Part shown: one piece after another, positions 1 to 10,387 of the stretch
Layout: each line of letters opens with the position of its first letter
Numbering within the stretch: position 1 is the first letter of the stretch
Source of the DNA: Terrisporobacter sp.
GTDB taxonomy: Bacteria; Bacillota; Clostridia; Peptostreptococcales; Peptostreptococcaceae
Reading direction: 5' to 3'
DNA: 64,000 nt
NCBI GenBank assembly: GCA_036648085.1
Contig: JAVXJA010000005.1
Coordinates: forward strand, 1 to 64,000
Notes under the pieces: model-generated
The model's input: the letters and a program-made list of their open reading frames with translations, nothing else
What the model was told of the DNA's origin: nothing
Databases searched by the model: none
Made by a program: the position numbers and the translations under genes

Positions 1-1223
1 AGTACGAAAGAGAAATGGCTTTAATATGTGAAGAAATGATAATACAAAGATTAGACGGTATGAAAAATTATAAAGGTCAGCCAATAGGAGAAGAATTTCC
101 TAAATTAGTTTATCTTCTAGATGAACATAACTGTTTAGAAGGTGGAAAATATGATTACATTACTAAGCTAGCTGGAAAATGTAATACTAAAAGATTAGTA
201 CCAGATTATCAAAGTGCTAAAATAATGAGAAGAAATTATGAAGGTAGTACATTCCCACCAATGGGTTGTAGATCTCATTTATCTCCTTGGAAAGATGAAA
301 ATGGAAATTACAAATGGTACGGAAGATTTAATCAAGGGGTTATTTCTTTAAACTTAGTACAAGTAGCATTAAGTGCTGACAAAAATATGGAGAAATTCTG
401 GCGAATATTAAATGAAAGATTAGATCTTTGCAAAGAAGCTTTAATGGTTAGGCACAATTTATTAAAAGGAACAACATCTGATATTTCTCCAATACATTGG
501 CAACATGGAGGAATAGCAAGATTAGAAAAAGGTGAAAAAATAGATTCATTACTTGAAAATGGATATTCAACTCTTTCATTAGGATACGTTGGGATATATG
601 AAATGACACAAGCAATGCTTGGTATCTCACATACTAGTAAAGAAGGAGAAGAATTTGTTATAAAAGTTATGAATCACTTAAATAATAGATGTAGTGAGTG
701 GAAAAAAGAAAGCGGACTTGGATTTGGATTATATGGAACTCCGGGAGAAAGTTTAACTTCAAGATTCTGTAGAATTGATCAACAGAAATTTGGTAAAATC
801 AAAAATGTAACAGATAGAATGTACTATACTAACTCATATCATGTTCATGTAAGTGAAGAAATAGATGCTTTTGAAAAATTAAGATTCGAAAGTCAATTCC
901 ACGATATAAGTTTAGGTGGATGTATAAGTTATGTTGAAGTACCAGATATGAGTAAAAATTTACCTGCAGTAGAACAAATAATTAATTATATTTATCACAA
1001 CATACAATATGCTGAAATAAATACTAAACCAGATGTTTGCTTTAGTTGTGATTACACTGGAGAAATAAAACTTGATGATAATTTAGAATGGTATTGTCCA
1101 AACTGTGGAAATAAAGATAAAGATAATATGCAAGTTATGAGAAGAACTTGTGGATATATAGGATCAAATATGTGGGGTAAAGGACGTACTCAAGAAATAG
1201 GACAAAGAGTATTACATTTATAG
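1..1223 (+). CDS. nrdD: anaerobic ribonucleoside-triphosphate reductase NrdD, C-terminal part (5' end lies outside the window)
   Basis: Reading frame is open from position 3. C-terminal zinc ribbon CFSCDYTGE...CPNCGN and glycine-radical motif RRTCGYIGS near the C-terminus. nrdG follows downstream. Confidence 0.9.
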   Translation, partial: YEREMALICEEMIIQRLDGMKNYKGQPIGEEFPKLVYLLDEHNCLEGGKYDYITKLAGKCNTKRLVPDYQSAKIMRRNYEGSTFPPMGCRSHLSPWKDENGNYKWYGRFNQGVISLNLVQVALSADKNMEKFWRILNERLDLCKEALMVRHNLLKGTTSDISPIHWQHGGIARLEKGEKIDSLLENGYSTLSLGYVGIYEMTQAMLGISHTSKEGEEFVIKVMNHLNNRCSEWKKESGLGFGLYGTPGESLTSRFCRIDQQKFGKIKNVTDRMYYTNSYHVHVSEEIDAFEKLRFESQFHDISLGGCISYVEVPDMSKNLPAVEQIINYIYHNIQYAEINTKPDVCFSCDYTGEIKLDDNLEWYCPNCGNKDKDNMQVMRRTCGYIGSNMWGKGRTQEIGQRVLHL

Positions 1224-1289
1224 GAGAGAAGGTGCATTAGCACCTTTTATATTATACATAAAAATAGGTAGGAAAGAAGGATGACATAG

Positions 1290-2138
1290 ATGGCATTACT
1301 TGATGCAAGACAATTAGTAATTAAAAAGATAGAAATATTAAGAAATAGGGTAAATAAACTAAATAAGAAGCCTTCTTTAATAATAATAAGAATAGGAAAT
1401 GATTTTGCCAGTGGAAAATATGTTGCAAATAAAATAAAAAGATGCGAAGAAGTGGGAATAGAGTCTAAAATAATTCATTTAGAAGAAGATGTAAAACAAG
1501 AAATTGTAGAAGAAACAATTTTAAAATTAAATGAAGATAAAGATGTTACAGGAATTTTATTACAGCTACCTATACCAAAGCACTTAGATGAAGACTATTT
1601 AACTAACATTATTGAAAATGACAAAGATGTAGATGGATTTACTATAGGAAATATGGGAAAACTATGTCTTGGATTAGACGGAAATGTAGCATGCACACCA
1701 AGAGGAATAATTACACTTTTAAAAGAATTTAAAATAGATATAGAAGGACAAGATGTATTAATAATAAATCGTTCTAATATAGTAGGTAAACCATTATCAC
1801 AACTATTTTTAAATGAGAATGCTACAGTAACTATAGCTCATAGTAAAACTAAAAATCTAAAAGAAAAAATAAAATTATCCGATATAGTTGTAACGGCAGT
1901 AGGCAAGTCAAATTTCTTAAGAAGTGAAGATTTTTCACCTAGCACAACTATAATAGATGTGTCTATTAATTTTAATGAAGAAGGCAAAATGTGCGGTGAC
2001 GTATGTAAATCTGATTATGAGGGCTTAATTAATAAAAATTGTAACTTAACACCTGTACCAAATGGTGTTGGGCAGATGACAGTAATAGAATTAATAGAAC
2101 AAACAATAGAAATTGAAGAGAAAAGGGAGAGAATTTAA
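1290..2138 (+). CDS. folD: bifunctional methylenetetrahydrofolate dehydrogenase / methenyl-THF cyclohydrolase
   Basis: 282 aa, typical FolD size and architecture. Matches FolD-family motifs ([27 protein letters not shown]). AAGAAGGA ribosome-binding site upstream. Confidence 0.85.
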   Translation: MALLDARQLVIKKIEILRNRVNKLNKKPSLIIIRIGNDFASGKYVANKIKRCEEVGIESKIIHLEEDVKQEIVEETILKLNEDKDVTGILLQLPIPKHLDEDYLTNIIENDKDVDGFTIGNMGKLCLGLDGNVACTPRGIITLLKEFKIDIEGQDVLIINRSNIVGKPLSQLFLNENATVTIAHSKTKNLKEKIKLSDIVVTAVGKSNFLRSEDFSPSTTIIDVSINFNEEGKMCGDVCKSDYEGLINKNCNLTPVPNGVGQMTVIELIEQTIEIEEKRERI

Positions 2139-2139
2139 T

Positions 2140-3000
2140 ATGGAAACAACTTTAAAGGTAAAATTAATATCACACACTATGAATCCAGAACTAGTAATAG
2201 CTACAGCAGGGAAATTATGTTATTCACCATCAAATATAGATGATTTAATGGAAAAACAAACACCAGAAAGTATTGAAAAATTCATAAAGATGATAACATC
2301 TATGGGACATGGAAGCGTATTAGAGCATATAAGTTTTAGTTTTGCAATAGAGGGTGTATCTAGAAGTTTAACTCATCAATTAGTGAGACATAGAATAGCT
2401 TCTTATAGTCAACAATCTCAAAGATACGTTAAAGAAATACAATTTGAATATGTTATTCCACAGGATATAAAAAATAATGAAGTTCTACTAAAAGCATATG
2501 AGAAAAACATGGAAGATACTCAAAATTTATATGATGAAATAGTAGATAAATTAATATACGATTATATTAATGATAAGGAAAACTATGGTGAATATTTAAA
2601 TATACAATTAAAAAAATGCAATATAGATAAAGATGAATTTGAAGCTTGGAAAAATGAAAATAAATCTAGTGATAAATTTGTCAATGAATTAAGAGCAGCA
2701 TATAAAAGATTATGCTCAACTTTAGAAAAAAAAGCTATAGAAAATGCTAGATATATTTTCCCTAATTCATGTGAAACTAAGATAATATGTACTATGAACT
2801 TAAGATCTTTAATAAACTTCTGTCATCACAGATGTTGTAGAAGAGCCCAAGAAGAAATTAATAAACTAGCATGGACTATGGTGGAAGAAGTTGAAAAAGT
2901 AAGTCAACTACTTTCTAAAACTCTTGGAGCTAGTTGTCAATTTGGACCATGTCCAGAGGGCTCTATGTGCTGTATGATGCCATATGAGAAAAAAATATAA
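2140..3000 (+). CDS. thyX: FAD-dependent thymidylate synthase ThyX with a Cys-rich C-terminal extension
   Basis: ThyX signature RHRxxSxxQxSQRY ([17 protein letters not shown]). ATG at 2140 is preceded by a GGGAGAG ribosome-binding site. The ORF-track start at 2113 is a TTG overlapping folD. C-terminal ~60 aa carry 8 cysteines. Confidence 0.85.
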   Translation: METTLKVKLISHTMNPELVIATAGKLCYSPSNIDDLMEKQTPESIEKFIKMITSMGHGSVLEHISFSFAIEGVSRSLTHQLVRHRIASYSQQSQRYVKEIQFEYVIPQDIKNNEVLLKAYEKNMEDTQNLYDEIVDKLIYDYINDKENYGEYLNIQLKKCNIDKDEFEAWKNENKSSDKFVNELRAAYKRLCSTLEKKAIENARYIFPNSCETKIICTMNLRSLINFCHHRCCRRAQEEINKLAWTMVEEVEKVSQLLSKTLGASCQFGPCPEGSMCCMMPYEKKI

Positions 3001-3051
3001 TGATTTTATAATAATAATTACCATGCTAAAATAATTAAGGGAGCATGAAAT

Positions 3052-3558
3052 ATGAGAATAAATAAAATAAAAGATAATGATATAGCTAATGGGTTTGGAA
3101 TTAATATGTCTTTGTGGACTCAAGGGTGCCCCCATTGTTGTAAAGGATGCTTCAATGGAGAAACATGGAGTTTTACAGGAGGAAGAGAATTTACAGGAGA
3201 TGACCTAAACTATATACTTACCAAAATTGATAACCATAATGTAAAGAGAGATTTATCTATTTTAGGAGGAGAACCTCTTTGTACTGAAAACGCTGAAGGT
3301 ATTTTACAAGTATGTAAAGCATTTAAAAGTAAATATCCAAATAAGAAAATATATATTTGGACGGGATATGTATTTGAAAATTTTGATGAGGTTCAAAAGA
3401 AGATATTAAACTATATAGATGTCTTAGTAGATGGGAAATTTGAAGAAGAAAATAAGAATCTAAGTCTTATATTAAGAGGATCTTCTAATCAAAGAGTAAT
3501 CGATGTTAAAGAAACATTACAAAGGGATAAAATAGTATTATTAGATATAAATAAATAA
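3052..3558 (+). CDS. nrdG: anaerobic ribonucleotide reductase activating protein (radical SAM)
   Basis: 168 aa. CxxxCxxC radical-SAM cluster motif within GCPHCCKGC. NrdG-typical size and N-terminus. Same strand as nrdD. Confidence 0.85.
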   Translation: MRINKIKDNDIANGFGINMSLWTQGCPHCCKGCFNGETWSFTGGREFTGDDLNYILTKIDNHNVKRDLSILGGEPLCTENAEGILQVCKAFKSKYPNKKIYIWTGYVFENFDEVQKKILNYIDVLVDGKFEEENKNLSLILRGSSNQRVIDVKETLQRDKIVLLDINK

Positions 3559-3669
3559 TATAATGAAAAGAAGTTGTTTACTAAATGTAAATGACTTCTT
3601 TTTTGTATAATATTAATTAAACAGGAAATAAATTTTAAATAGATATTAATAGTTGGAGATGATTTTATT

Positions 3670-4878
3670 ATGTTAGGTGTAGCGTTGGAAGGTGGAGGAG
3701 CTAGGGGAGCTTTTCATATAGGTGCAATAAAAGCACTACTTGAAGAAGGTTATAAAATAGACGGTATAGTTGGAACTTCAATAGGAGCATTTAATGCAGC
3801 CATGTTTGCACAAGGAGATTTTAATCAGTGCTTTAAACTGTGGAGTGATGTAACTCCAGAGATGTTATTCGATATAGAAGGTAGACATATGGAAAATATT
3901 ATAAATAGAAATTTAGATATAAAAACTATATCCTATTTTTCGGGTGAAGCAAAAAAAATAATATTAAATAGAGGCATTGATGCTGATAACTTAAGAAAAG
4001 TCGTAGATGATTTTATAGATGAGGATAAACTCAGAAAAAGTAAAATAGATTTTGGACTAGTAACAGTAGAACTTGGTCCATTAACACCTATTAAAATACT
4101 TAAAGAAGATATACCAAAAGGTAAGTTGAAGGATTTTATAATGGCAAGTGCTAGATATCCAGGCTTGAAAATGGAACCATTGGATGGAAAAGCATTTTTA
4201 GATGGGGGTATTTATGATAATTGCCCAGTAAGTCTCTTAGCAAATAAAAAATACGATAAGATAATTGCTATTAGACTTAATTCTACTAAAAAGTTAAGAC
4301 ATATTGATAAAAATGTTAATGTGGTAGAAATACAACCATCTAAGGATTTGGGAGGGACTTTTATATTTACTCAGGAAATAGCTCATAGAAATATGAAATT
4401 AGGGTATTATGATACGATAAAGGTTATTAGAAAATTAAAAGGAAGAGAATATTATATTAAACCAATAGATGATGAAGTAATTTTTTCTAAGCTTTTAGAA
4501 ATACCAGATGAAATGATTTTGAATATAGGGAAAAGCATGGGATTTAGCGATATTCAAGTAAGAAGGATGTTGTTTGAATATATAATGCCTAATATATCAA
4601 AATATTTAAATCTTGATAAAGAAGCTACATATCAAGATATTATTATAGCTTTATTTGAGGAAATGGCCAAAGAAAGAGAAATAGAACAATTTAAAATATA
4701 CTCACTAAAAGAATTTATCTATAATATAAAAGAGAATGATAAAGATATTAACATACAGAATAAAATAAATATCAGTATTAGAGGATTAAAAAGATTAGCC
4801 ATAGAAAATTTAACACAAGTTAATGTTGAAATTATTAATAATAAGTTAATGGAGTTACTAGAAGAAACAGATATATAA
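3670..4878 (+). CDS. patatin-like phospholipase family protein
   Basis: N-terminal GGGARGAFHIG oxyanion/glycine motif and GTSIGA (GxSxG) nucleophile elbow. Confidence 0.8.
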   Translation: MLGVALEGGGARGAFHIGAIKALLEEGYKIDGIVGTSIGAFNAAMFAQGDFNQCFKLWSDVTPEMLFDIEGRHMENIINRNLDIKTISYFSGEAKKIILNRGIDADNLRKVVDDFIDEDKLRKSKIDFGLVTVELGPLTPIKILKEDIPKGKLKDFIMASARYPGLKMEPLDGKAFLDGGIYDNCPVSLLANKKYDKIIAIRLNSTKKLRHIDKNVNVVEIQPSKDLGGTFIFTQEIAHRNMKLGYYDTIKVIRKLKGREYYIKPIDDEVIFSKLLEIPDEMILNIGKSMGFSDIQVRRMLFEYIMPNISKYLNLDKEATYQDIIIALFEEMAKEREIEQFKIYSLKEFIYNIKENDKDINIQNKINISIRGLKRLAIENLTQVNVEIINNKLMELLEETDI

Positions 4879-4885
4879 GATAAAA

Positions 4886-4916
4886 AAACTGTAGTTAAAA
4901 CTACAGTTTTTTTTGT
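4886..4916. terminator. bidirectional Rho-independent terminator between convergent genes
   Basis: Hairpin aaactgtagtt-aaaa-ctacagttt followed by TTTTTT. Confidence 0.6.
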
Positions 4917-5899
4917 TTAGCTGAATAGGAAAAATCTTTCATTAAAGTGCCGCCGTATTCAACACCCGTGCTTAAACCAATATCTTCATAGATTTTTTTA
5001 TTACTTTTTATATCTTCTAAAAGCATATAAACTTGACCGTTTAGAGTTTCTTTTACAGCTGGTGACATGGTACCATTTTTGGGTCCTTTACATAAAACAA
5101 AGTTATTTTTATTTGTAAAAGTTTTAAGAGTTAATCTTAAATTTTTATTTTGAACTGTTAATGTTACATCATCACCAAGACTTTTAAGAGTTAATTTACT
5201 TCTATTAATAGTAGTAAAGCTAATAAATTTATTATTTACTGTTACTCCAATAAGAAAGCCTTGAAAAATCTTTCCAGGAATAGGTACTTCTCCTAAGGAA
5301 CAAGTGACAGAAACACTTCTATCTTTAAAATTATTACTTTGAATCCAAAGCCAAGATTTAGGGAAACTTTTGCCCCAATTTTTTTCAATATAGACTTTAC
5401 CACCAGTAAAATCAATATTCTTATTGTCTATATTTAAACATCCAAGAATAGAACCGTTTACTATACAAACTTGAGAATAACACTCCATAAATTTTAGATA
5501 ATTATAAAACCCCATACTTCCAGGACTAAAAACATTAGAAGGCCACTTAACTGTATTTTTAAAAATAAGATGTCCATTAATTCTTTTATTATTATATTCA
5601 AGATTTAAGTCAATATTATTTAAGGTGAATATATTTGATTTTATGGAAATTTTAAATTTATTATTATTAAACTTAAAATCTTGTGAATCAAATTCTATAT
5701 AATCGTATATAACATCGTGACCATTTAAAACTTGGATAAATGCATGATGTTCATCATCACTATTTCCATAGGATATGCCAGGTATAATAGCAAGCTTGTT
5801 ATTATTATATCTATCGACTAATTTATAGTACCAACCTTCAAAATAATTTTTATTTTTATGTGCACCGTGATACAAATCGGGATTAAAAAGTTCTCTCAT
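4901..5899 (-). CDS. tocopherol cyclase (VTE1)-family protein, function unknown in bacteria
   Basis: N-terminal HGAHKNKNYFEGWYYK resembles the conserved FFEGWYFK start of the tocopherol-cyclase family. AAGGAGG ribosome-binding site 8 nt upstream of ATG. Confidence 0.5.
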   Translation of the reverse strand: MRELFNPDLYHGAHKNKNYFEGWYYKLVDRYNNNKLAIIPGISYGNSDDEHHAFIQVLNGHDVIYDYIEFDSQDFKFNNNKFKISIKSNIFTLNNIDLNLEYNNKRINGHLIFKNTVKWPSNVFSPGSMGFYNYLKFMECYSQVCIVNGSILGCLNIDNKNIDFTGGKVYIEKNWGKSFPKSWLWIQSNNFKDRSVSVTCSLGEVPIPGKIFQGFLIGVTVNNKFISFTTINRSKLTLKSLGDDVTLTVQNKNLRLTLKTFTNKNNFVLCKGPKNGTMSPAVKETLNGQVYMLLEDIKSNKKIYEDIGLSTGVEYGGTLMKDFSYSAKQKKL

Positions 5900-6047
5900 A
5901 TAATACCTCCTTTATATCCTTATTAGTGTCAAATTTAAAAGAAAATATAACCAGAAATAAAAAAATCATTATATAACAATACTTAATGGTATAATAATAA
6001 GATAAAGAAGAAAATAATTCTAACTAGAATGATGATAGGTGATATAA

Positions 6048-7208
6048 ATGGAAGATATAATAAAATCAATCAATGCAATATGTGAAGACAAAGCAGTCAA
6101 AATAGTTATTAGTAATAAGAAGAATAAAGAAGTGAAATATAATAAAATAGTAATTTTATTAAAAGAAAATAAAAAAGAGTATTATCAAATTGAAAAGTAT
6201 ACAGATAAGCAAGTTTTTCATGAAAATATTCAAGTAGAAGATTTAAAAGATAAAGTATTTGATTTTGTGAAAGAAGATTACAAGCAATTATCTGCTTGGT
6301 CTGAAAATATAACTTATGATATGAAGATATCAAAAAAAGGTAAGGTATTTTTAGGAAAGAAAAAAAGTGATAATGCAAAGGTAGCAGATAGAGGTCATAA
6401 TAAAGAAAAAAATTATATATTAAAAGAAGGTATGCAAATACAACCTCTTATTGATTTAGGTGTATTTACAAAAGAAGGAAAAGTTGTAAATTCTAAATAT
6501 GATAAATATAAACAAATAAATAGATTTATAGAAATAATAGATGATGAGATAAAGAAAAATAATTATGAAGAACTTACTATATTAGATTTTGGATGTGGTA
6601 AATCATATTTAACATTTGTACTTTATTATTACTTTGTAGAAATTAAAAAAATTAATGTGAAGATGATAGGCCTAGATTTAAAAGAAGATGTAATTACAAA
6701 GTGTAATGAAATAGCAAAAAAATATGAATTTGAAAATTTACATTTTGAACTTGGAGATATAAACGGATTTAAATATAACAATAAAGTAGACATGGTAATT
6801 ACATTACATGCATGTGATACAGCTACAGATTATGCTCTTTATAATGCTATTAAATGGAAGGCTAAAATGATATTTTCGGTTCCTTGTTGTCAGCATGAAT
6901 TTAATCATCAAATGAAATCAAATTCATTAGATATACTAACTAAGTATGGAATAATTCAAGAACGAGTAGCGGCTCTAATGACTGATTCTGTAAGAGGTAA
7001 TTTACTAGAGTGTGTAGGATATAAAACTCAATTATTAGAGTTTATAGATATAGCACATTCTCCGAAAAATATCTTAATAAGGGCTTCAAAATCAAACTTA
7101 GCAAAAGATAAAAAAGAAAAATCATTGAAACAAGTAGAAGCATTAATGAATGAGTTTAATTTTAAACCAACATTATATAATTTATTAAAAGATAACAAAT
7201 TAATATAG
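6048..7208 (+). CDS. class I SAM-dependent methyltransferase (Methyltransf_32-like) with ~170-aa N-terminal domain of unknown function
   Basis: SAM-binding motif I ILDFGCGKSYLT, followed by LHACDTATD and SVPCCQHEF motifs typical of the Methyltransf_32 family. Confidence 0.6.
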   Translation: MEDIIKSINAICEDKAVKIVISNKKNKEVKYNKIVILLKENKKEYYQIEKYTDKQVFHENIQVEDLKDKVFDFVKEDYKQLSAWSENITYDMKISKKGKVFLGKKKSDNAKVADRGHNKEKNYILKEGMQIQPLIDLGVFTKEGKVVNSKYDKYKQINRFIEIIDDEIKKNNYEELTILDFGCGKSYLTFVLYYYFVEIKKINVKMIGLDLKEDVITKCNEIAKKYEFENLHFELGDINGFKYNNKVDMVITLHACDTATDYALYNAIKWKAKMIFSVPCCQHEFNHQMKSNSLDILTKYGIIQERVAALMTDSVRGNLLECVGYKTQLLEFIDIAHSPKNILIRASKSNLAKDKKEKSLKQVEALMNEFNFKPTLYNLLKDNKLI

Positions 7209-7351
7209 TTAATAAAAAACTCAAGAACCATGATATTCTTGGGTTTTTTATTAACCGTAGAATATATAAGAAAACTTAAAAAATATATTTTAATATGATA
7301 TAATTTTAAAATATTAATTTATAGAAATATTTCTTTGAAGGGAGATAGTAG

Positions 7352-8881
7352 ATGAAATTATTAAGGTTTTTATTTAGTAGAATTGTTATTGTAGGATTAA
7401 TGCTTACAATACAGCTTATAATATTTATAATGCTAATAACTAAGTTTAGTCATATTTCTGTTAGAGCCTCTTTTATATGTACAATAATAAGTGCTTTAGT
7501 AGTACTTTGGATAATTAATAAGAGTGATAACCCAGCATATAAATTAGCTTGGATTATACCAATATTAATATTCAATATTTCAGGAGGTATATTATATATA
7601 ATATTAGGAAATAAAAAACCTTCAAGAAAGATGAGAAGGGAACTTGAAAAAGTACAAGAAAAAACAAGTGAGTTATTGAAACAAGATAATAAAGTAAGAG
7701 ATGAAATAGAAAAAGAAAATCCAATTATTTTAGGACATGCTAATTATATAAATAATGCGGCAGGTTTTCCAATTTATAAAAATACAGAAGTTAAGTATTA
7801 TAGTTTAGGTGAATATAACTATGAGGATTTAATAAATGAATTAAAAAAAGCAAAGAAATATATATTTATGGAGTATTTTATAATTGAAGAAGGAAAGATG
7901 TGGAATGGTATTTTAGAAATACTTGAACAAAAGGCTAAAGAAGGACTAGATGTCAGATTAATGTATGATGATATGGGATGTATTTCTTTATTACCTTTAG
8001 GATATGATAAAAAATTAGAGAAAAAAGGAATAAAATGTATTGCTTTTAATCCATTTAAACCGTTGTTATCTTTGGCTATGAACAATAGAGATCATAGGAA
8101 GATAACAGTAATAGATGGACATACAGGTTTCACAGGTGGTATTAATTTAGCAGATGAATATATAAATGAGAAAGAACGATTTGGTCATTGGAAAGATACA
8201 GGAGTAATGTTAAAAGGAGATGCTGTATGGAATTTAACAATCATGTTTTTAGAAATGTGGAATTCAGTAAGAAAAACTGATGAAGATTATTTTATATACA
8301 ATCCAGAAGTATATCAAGTAGAAACTATAGTTAATGACGGATATGTACAACCTTATGGAGACTCTCCTCTTGATGAGGAGATAGTAGGGGAAAATGTATA
8401 TATGAATATTATTAATACTGCTAAAAAATATGTTTATATATTTACACCATATTTAATTATAGATAATGAAATGATGACAGCTCTTTGTTTAGCAGCTAAA
8501 AGAGGTGTAGATGTGAAAATTGTTACACCAGGTATTCCAGATAAAAAAACAGTATTTAAATTGACTAGATCGTATTATCCTCAATTAATTAGAGATGGTG
8601 TGAAAATTTATGAATATACACCAGGGTTTATACATGCTAAGGTATTTTTATGTGATGATGAAATTGCAACTGTAGGAACTATAAATATGGACTATAGAAG
8701 TTTATATTTACACTTTGAATGCGGTGTTTATTTATATAAAAATAAATGTATAAGTAATATAAAAGAAGATATGTTAGATACAATAGAAAAAAGTCATGAA
8801 TTTTCTAAAGAAGATATTAAAGAAGGTAGACGATATGCTTTATGGCAAGCTATATTAAGAGTATTTGCTCCTCTAATGTAA
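7352..8881 (+). CDS. cls: cardiolipin synthase
   Basis: Two N-terminal TM helices. Two phospholipase-D HKD motifs (HRKITVIDGHTGFTGGINL and HAKVFLCDDEIATVGTINMDYRS). Confidence 0.9.
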   Translation: MKLLRFLFSRIVIVGLMLTIQLIIFIMLITKFSHISVRASFICTIISALVVLWIINKSDNPAYKLAWIIPILIFNISGGILYIILGNKKPSRKMRRELEKVQEKTSELLKQDNKVRDEIEKENPIILGHANYINNAAGFPIYKNTEVKYYSLGEYNYEDLINELKKAKKYIFMEYFIIEEGKMWNGILEILEQKAKEGLDVRLMYDDMGCISLLPLGYDKKLEKKGIKCIAFNPFKPLLSLAMNNRDHRKITVIDGHTGFTGGINLADEYINEKERFGHWKDTGVMLKGDAVWNLTIMFLEMWNSVRKTDEDYFIYNPEVYQVETIVNDGYVQPYGDSPLDEEIVGENVYMNIINTAKKYVYIFTPYLIIDNEMMTALCLAAKRGVDVKIVTPGIPDKKTVFKLTRSYYPQLIRDGVKIYEYTPGFIHAKVFLCDDEIATVGTINMDYRSLYLHFECGVYLYKNKCISNIKEDMLDTIEKSHEFSKEDIKEGRRYALWQAILRVFAPLM

Positions 8882-8900
8882 AAAATTAATTCAAAATATA

Positions 8901-8952
8901 AAAGACTATTTATAGTAAGGTATTACTTTATTATAAATAGTCTTTCTTTTAT
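8901..8952. terminator. Rho-independent terminator (bidirectional)
   Basis: aagactatttata...tataaatagtctt hairpin followed by a T-run. Lies between convergent cls and the 8952-9323 gene. Confidence 0.55.
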
Positions 8953-9323
8953 TAATTACATGTTGGTAACTTTATTTTTTCGTTTTTTATTAAACTTAAT
9001 AAATATATAGCTTCTTGGCGTGCATATATATCATAAATATTGTCAGTATCATAATTAAGAACCATCCTTAATGCATCAGAAACTCTATTACCTTTTATTA
9101 TTTTTAGTAGGGATTCAACCCTACTATAAATATCTAGTATATTTTCATCTAATAATAATGGATCATATTTACGTATATCGTATGTAAATTCATTTCTATA
9201 TTCTCCATTAGACAAAGAGTTTAAATTATCAAGGAATGTTTCCATATAAAGACCTACAAACCATGGACTTGCTGATTCAATACTTTCAACTAATTCATAA
9301 TCACTTAGAAATAAATTATTCAT
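8952..9323 (-). CDS. hypothetical protein
   Basis: 123-aa ORF with a terminator downstream. No recognisable motif. Confidence 0.4.
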   Translation of the reverse strand: MNNLFLSDYELVESIESASPWFVGLYMETFLDNLNSLSNGEYRNEFTYDIRKYDPLLLDENILDIYSRVESLLKIIKGNRVSDALRMVLNYDTDNIYDIYARQEAIYLLSLIKNEKIKLPTCN

Positions 9324-9488
9324 TTAAGACCTCCAGATACTAATTTAATTTTATTTATAGGATTTACGAGAAGGTTTATAATTACACATATTATTTTTGT
9401 GGAAATATTTAACCTACTAAAAAATAAGTTGATTTATAAAAAATGAACAAAATAATAAATAGAAAATAATTATTTTAAGGAGGTACTT

Positions 9489-9701
9489 ATGAGTAATAGA
9501 ATGGTAGACCCAAATGCTAAATCAGCTTTAAATCAAATGAAAATGGAAATAGCAAATGAATTAGGCATTAATGACAGTGGTGGTGCAAACCTTACATCTT
9601 ATGAAAATGGAAAAATAGGTGGTGATTTAGGGGGATTAATGAGTAAACAGTTAGTAAAAATGGGAGAAGAAGAATTAATAAGACAATATTATAATAAATG
9701 A
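9489..9701 (+). CDS. ssp: small acid-soluble spore protein, alpha/beta type
   Basis: 70 aa. Two conserved SASP blocks (KMEIANELGI and GGxLTSxxNGKIGGDLGGLMSKQLV). GGAGG ribosome-binding site. Terminator directly downstream. Confidence 0.85.
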   Translation: MSNRMVDPNAKSALNQMKMEIANELGINDSGGANLTSYENGKIGGDLGGLMSKQLVKMGEEELIRQYYNK

Positions 9702-9703
9702 TA

Positions 9704-9734
9704 AGGAGAGGCTAAAATATAGCCTCTTATTTTG
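9704..9734 (+). terminator. Rho-independent terminator
   Basis: agaggct-aaaatat-agcctct hairpin followed by tatttt. Confidence 0.6.
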
Positions 9735-9910
9735 ATGAAAAATATAATAACTATATCTAGAAAAGCTATTTTATACATAGATTTTTATTAAGAATACAGG
9801 ATAAAAAAAGTTTTCTTAAAAAAATATGAAATAAATGGGATTAGATGTAGAAATTATATATATTTGTGCTATAATCATCTTGTAGTAGAATACATGCTAA
9901 GGAGAAACAC

Positions 9911-10387
9911 ATGTTACACACATCACCAGGGTATATTTTAGTTAGAAGTTTTCCAGAATGTGCAGTTGTACTGCTTGTGGGATGCTACTTATTAAAAATT
10001 AAAGTACCAAAAAACATTATATTTAAAAAAACATTAATATTAGGATTAATGGTGTCATTAATCAGAACACTTCCGATTAATTTTGGAATACATACGATTT
10101 TATCTATGACGTGTACTTTATTCATGCTTGCAAATTTAACTAAAGATAGTTTTATAAATTGTATAATAGCAATATGTAAAATATTTATTTCGTTGATACT
10201 GAGTGAATTTGTTTATATATTCTTAGTTACATTTGTATTTAAAATTCCTGAAAGTAACTTGGTAGATAATTATACAGTAAGTAGTGCTATATTCACCCTA
10301 CCTTCACTTTTAATACTTGTTTTAATCTCCGTACTGATACAGTTTGTAACAGATAAGGTAAAGGAAAAGTTTTTAATAGAGGATTGA
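9911..10387 (+). CDS. polytopic membrane protein (about 5 TM), co-transcribed with agrB
   Basis: Hydrophobic throughout. Stop TGA overlaps the agrB ATG (ATGA-type overlap), suggesting translational coupling. Resembles the conserved membrane ORF preceding agrBD in other clostridial agr loci. Confidence 0.55.
   Translation: MLHTSPGYILVRSFPECAVVLLVGCYLLKIKVPKNIIFKKTLILGLMVSLIRTLPINFGIHTILSMTCTLFMLANLTKDSFINCIIAICKIFISLILSEFVYIFLVTFVFKIPESNLVDNYTVSSAIFTLPSLLILVLISVLIQFVTDKVKEKFLIED

Noticed and set aside
448-630. Short antisense ORFs from the six-frame track lying inside well-supported genes. Examples are 448-630, 6109-6378, 7819-8085, 14763-14954, 16825-17043, 25046-25237, 30136-30459, 40012-40380, 45150-45758, 59342-59563 and 61458-61844.
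   Set aside because: They lie entirely within conserved genes on the other strand or frame. Their compositions are hydrophobic or low-complexity, typical of AT-rich antisense frames. They have no ribosome-binding sites.
9330-9488. Possible sigma-G promoter (CATATTA -10-like element) upstream of the SASP gene
   Set aside because: -10-like element present but no convincing -35 (GNATR) at the right spacing, so not reported as a feature.
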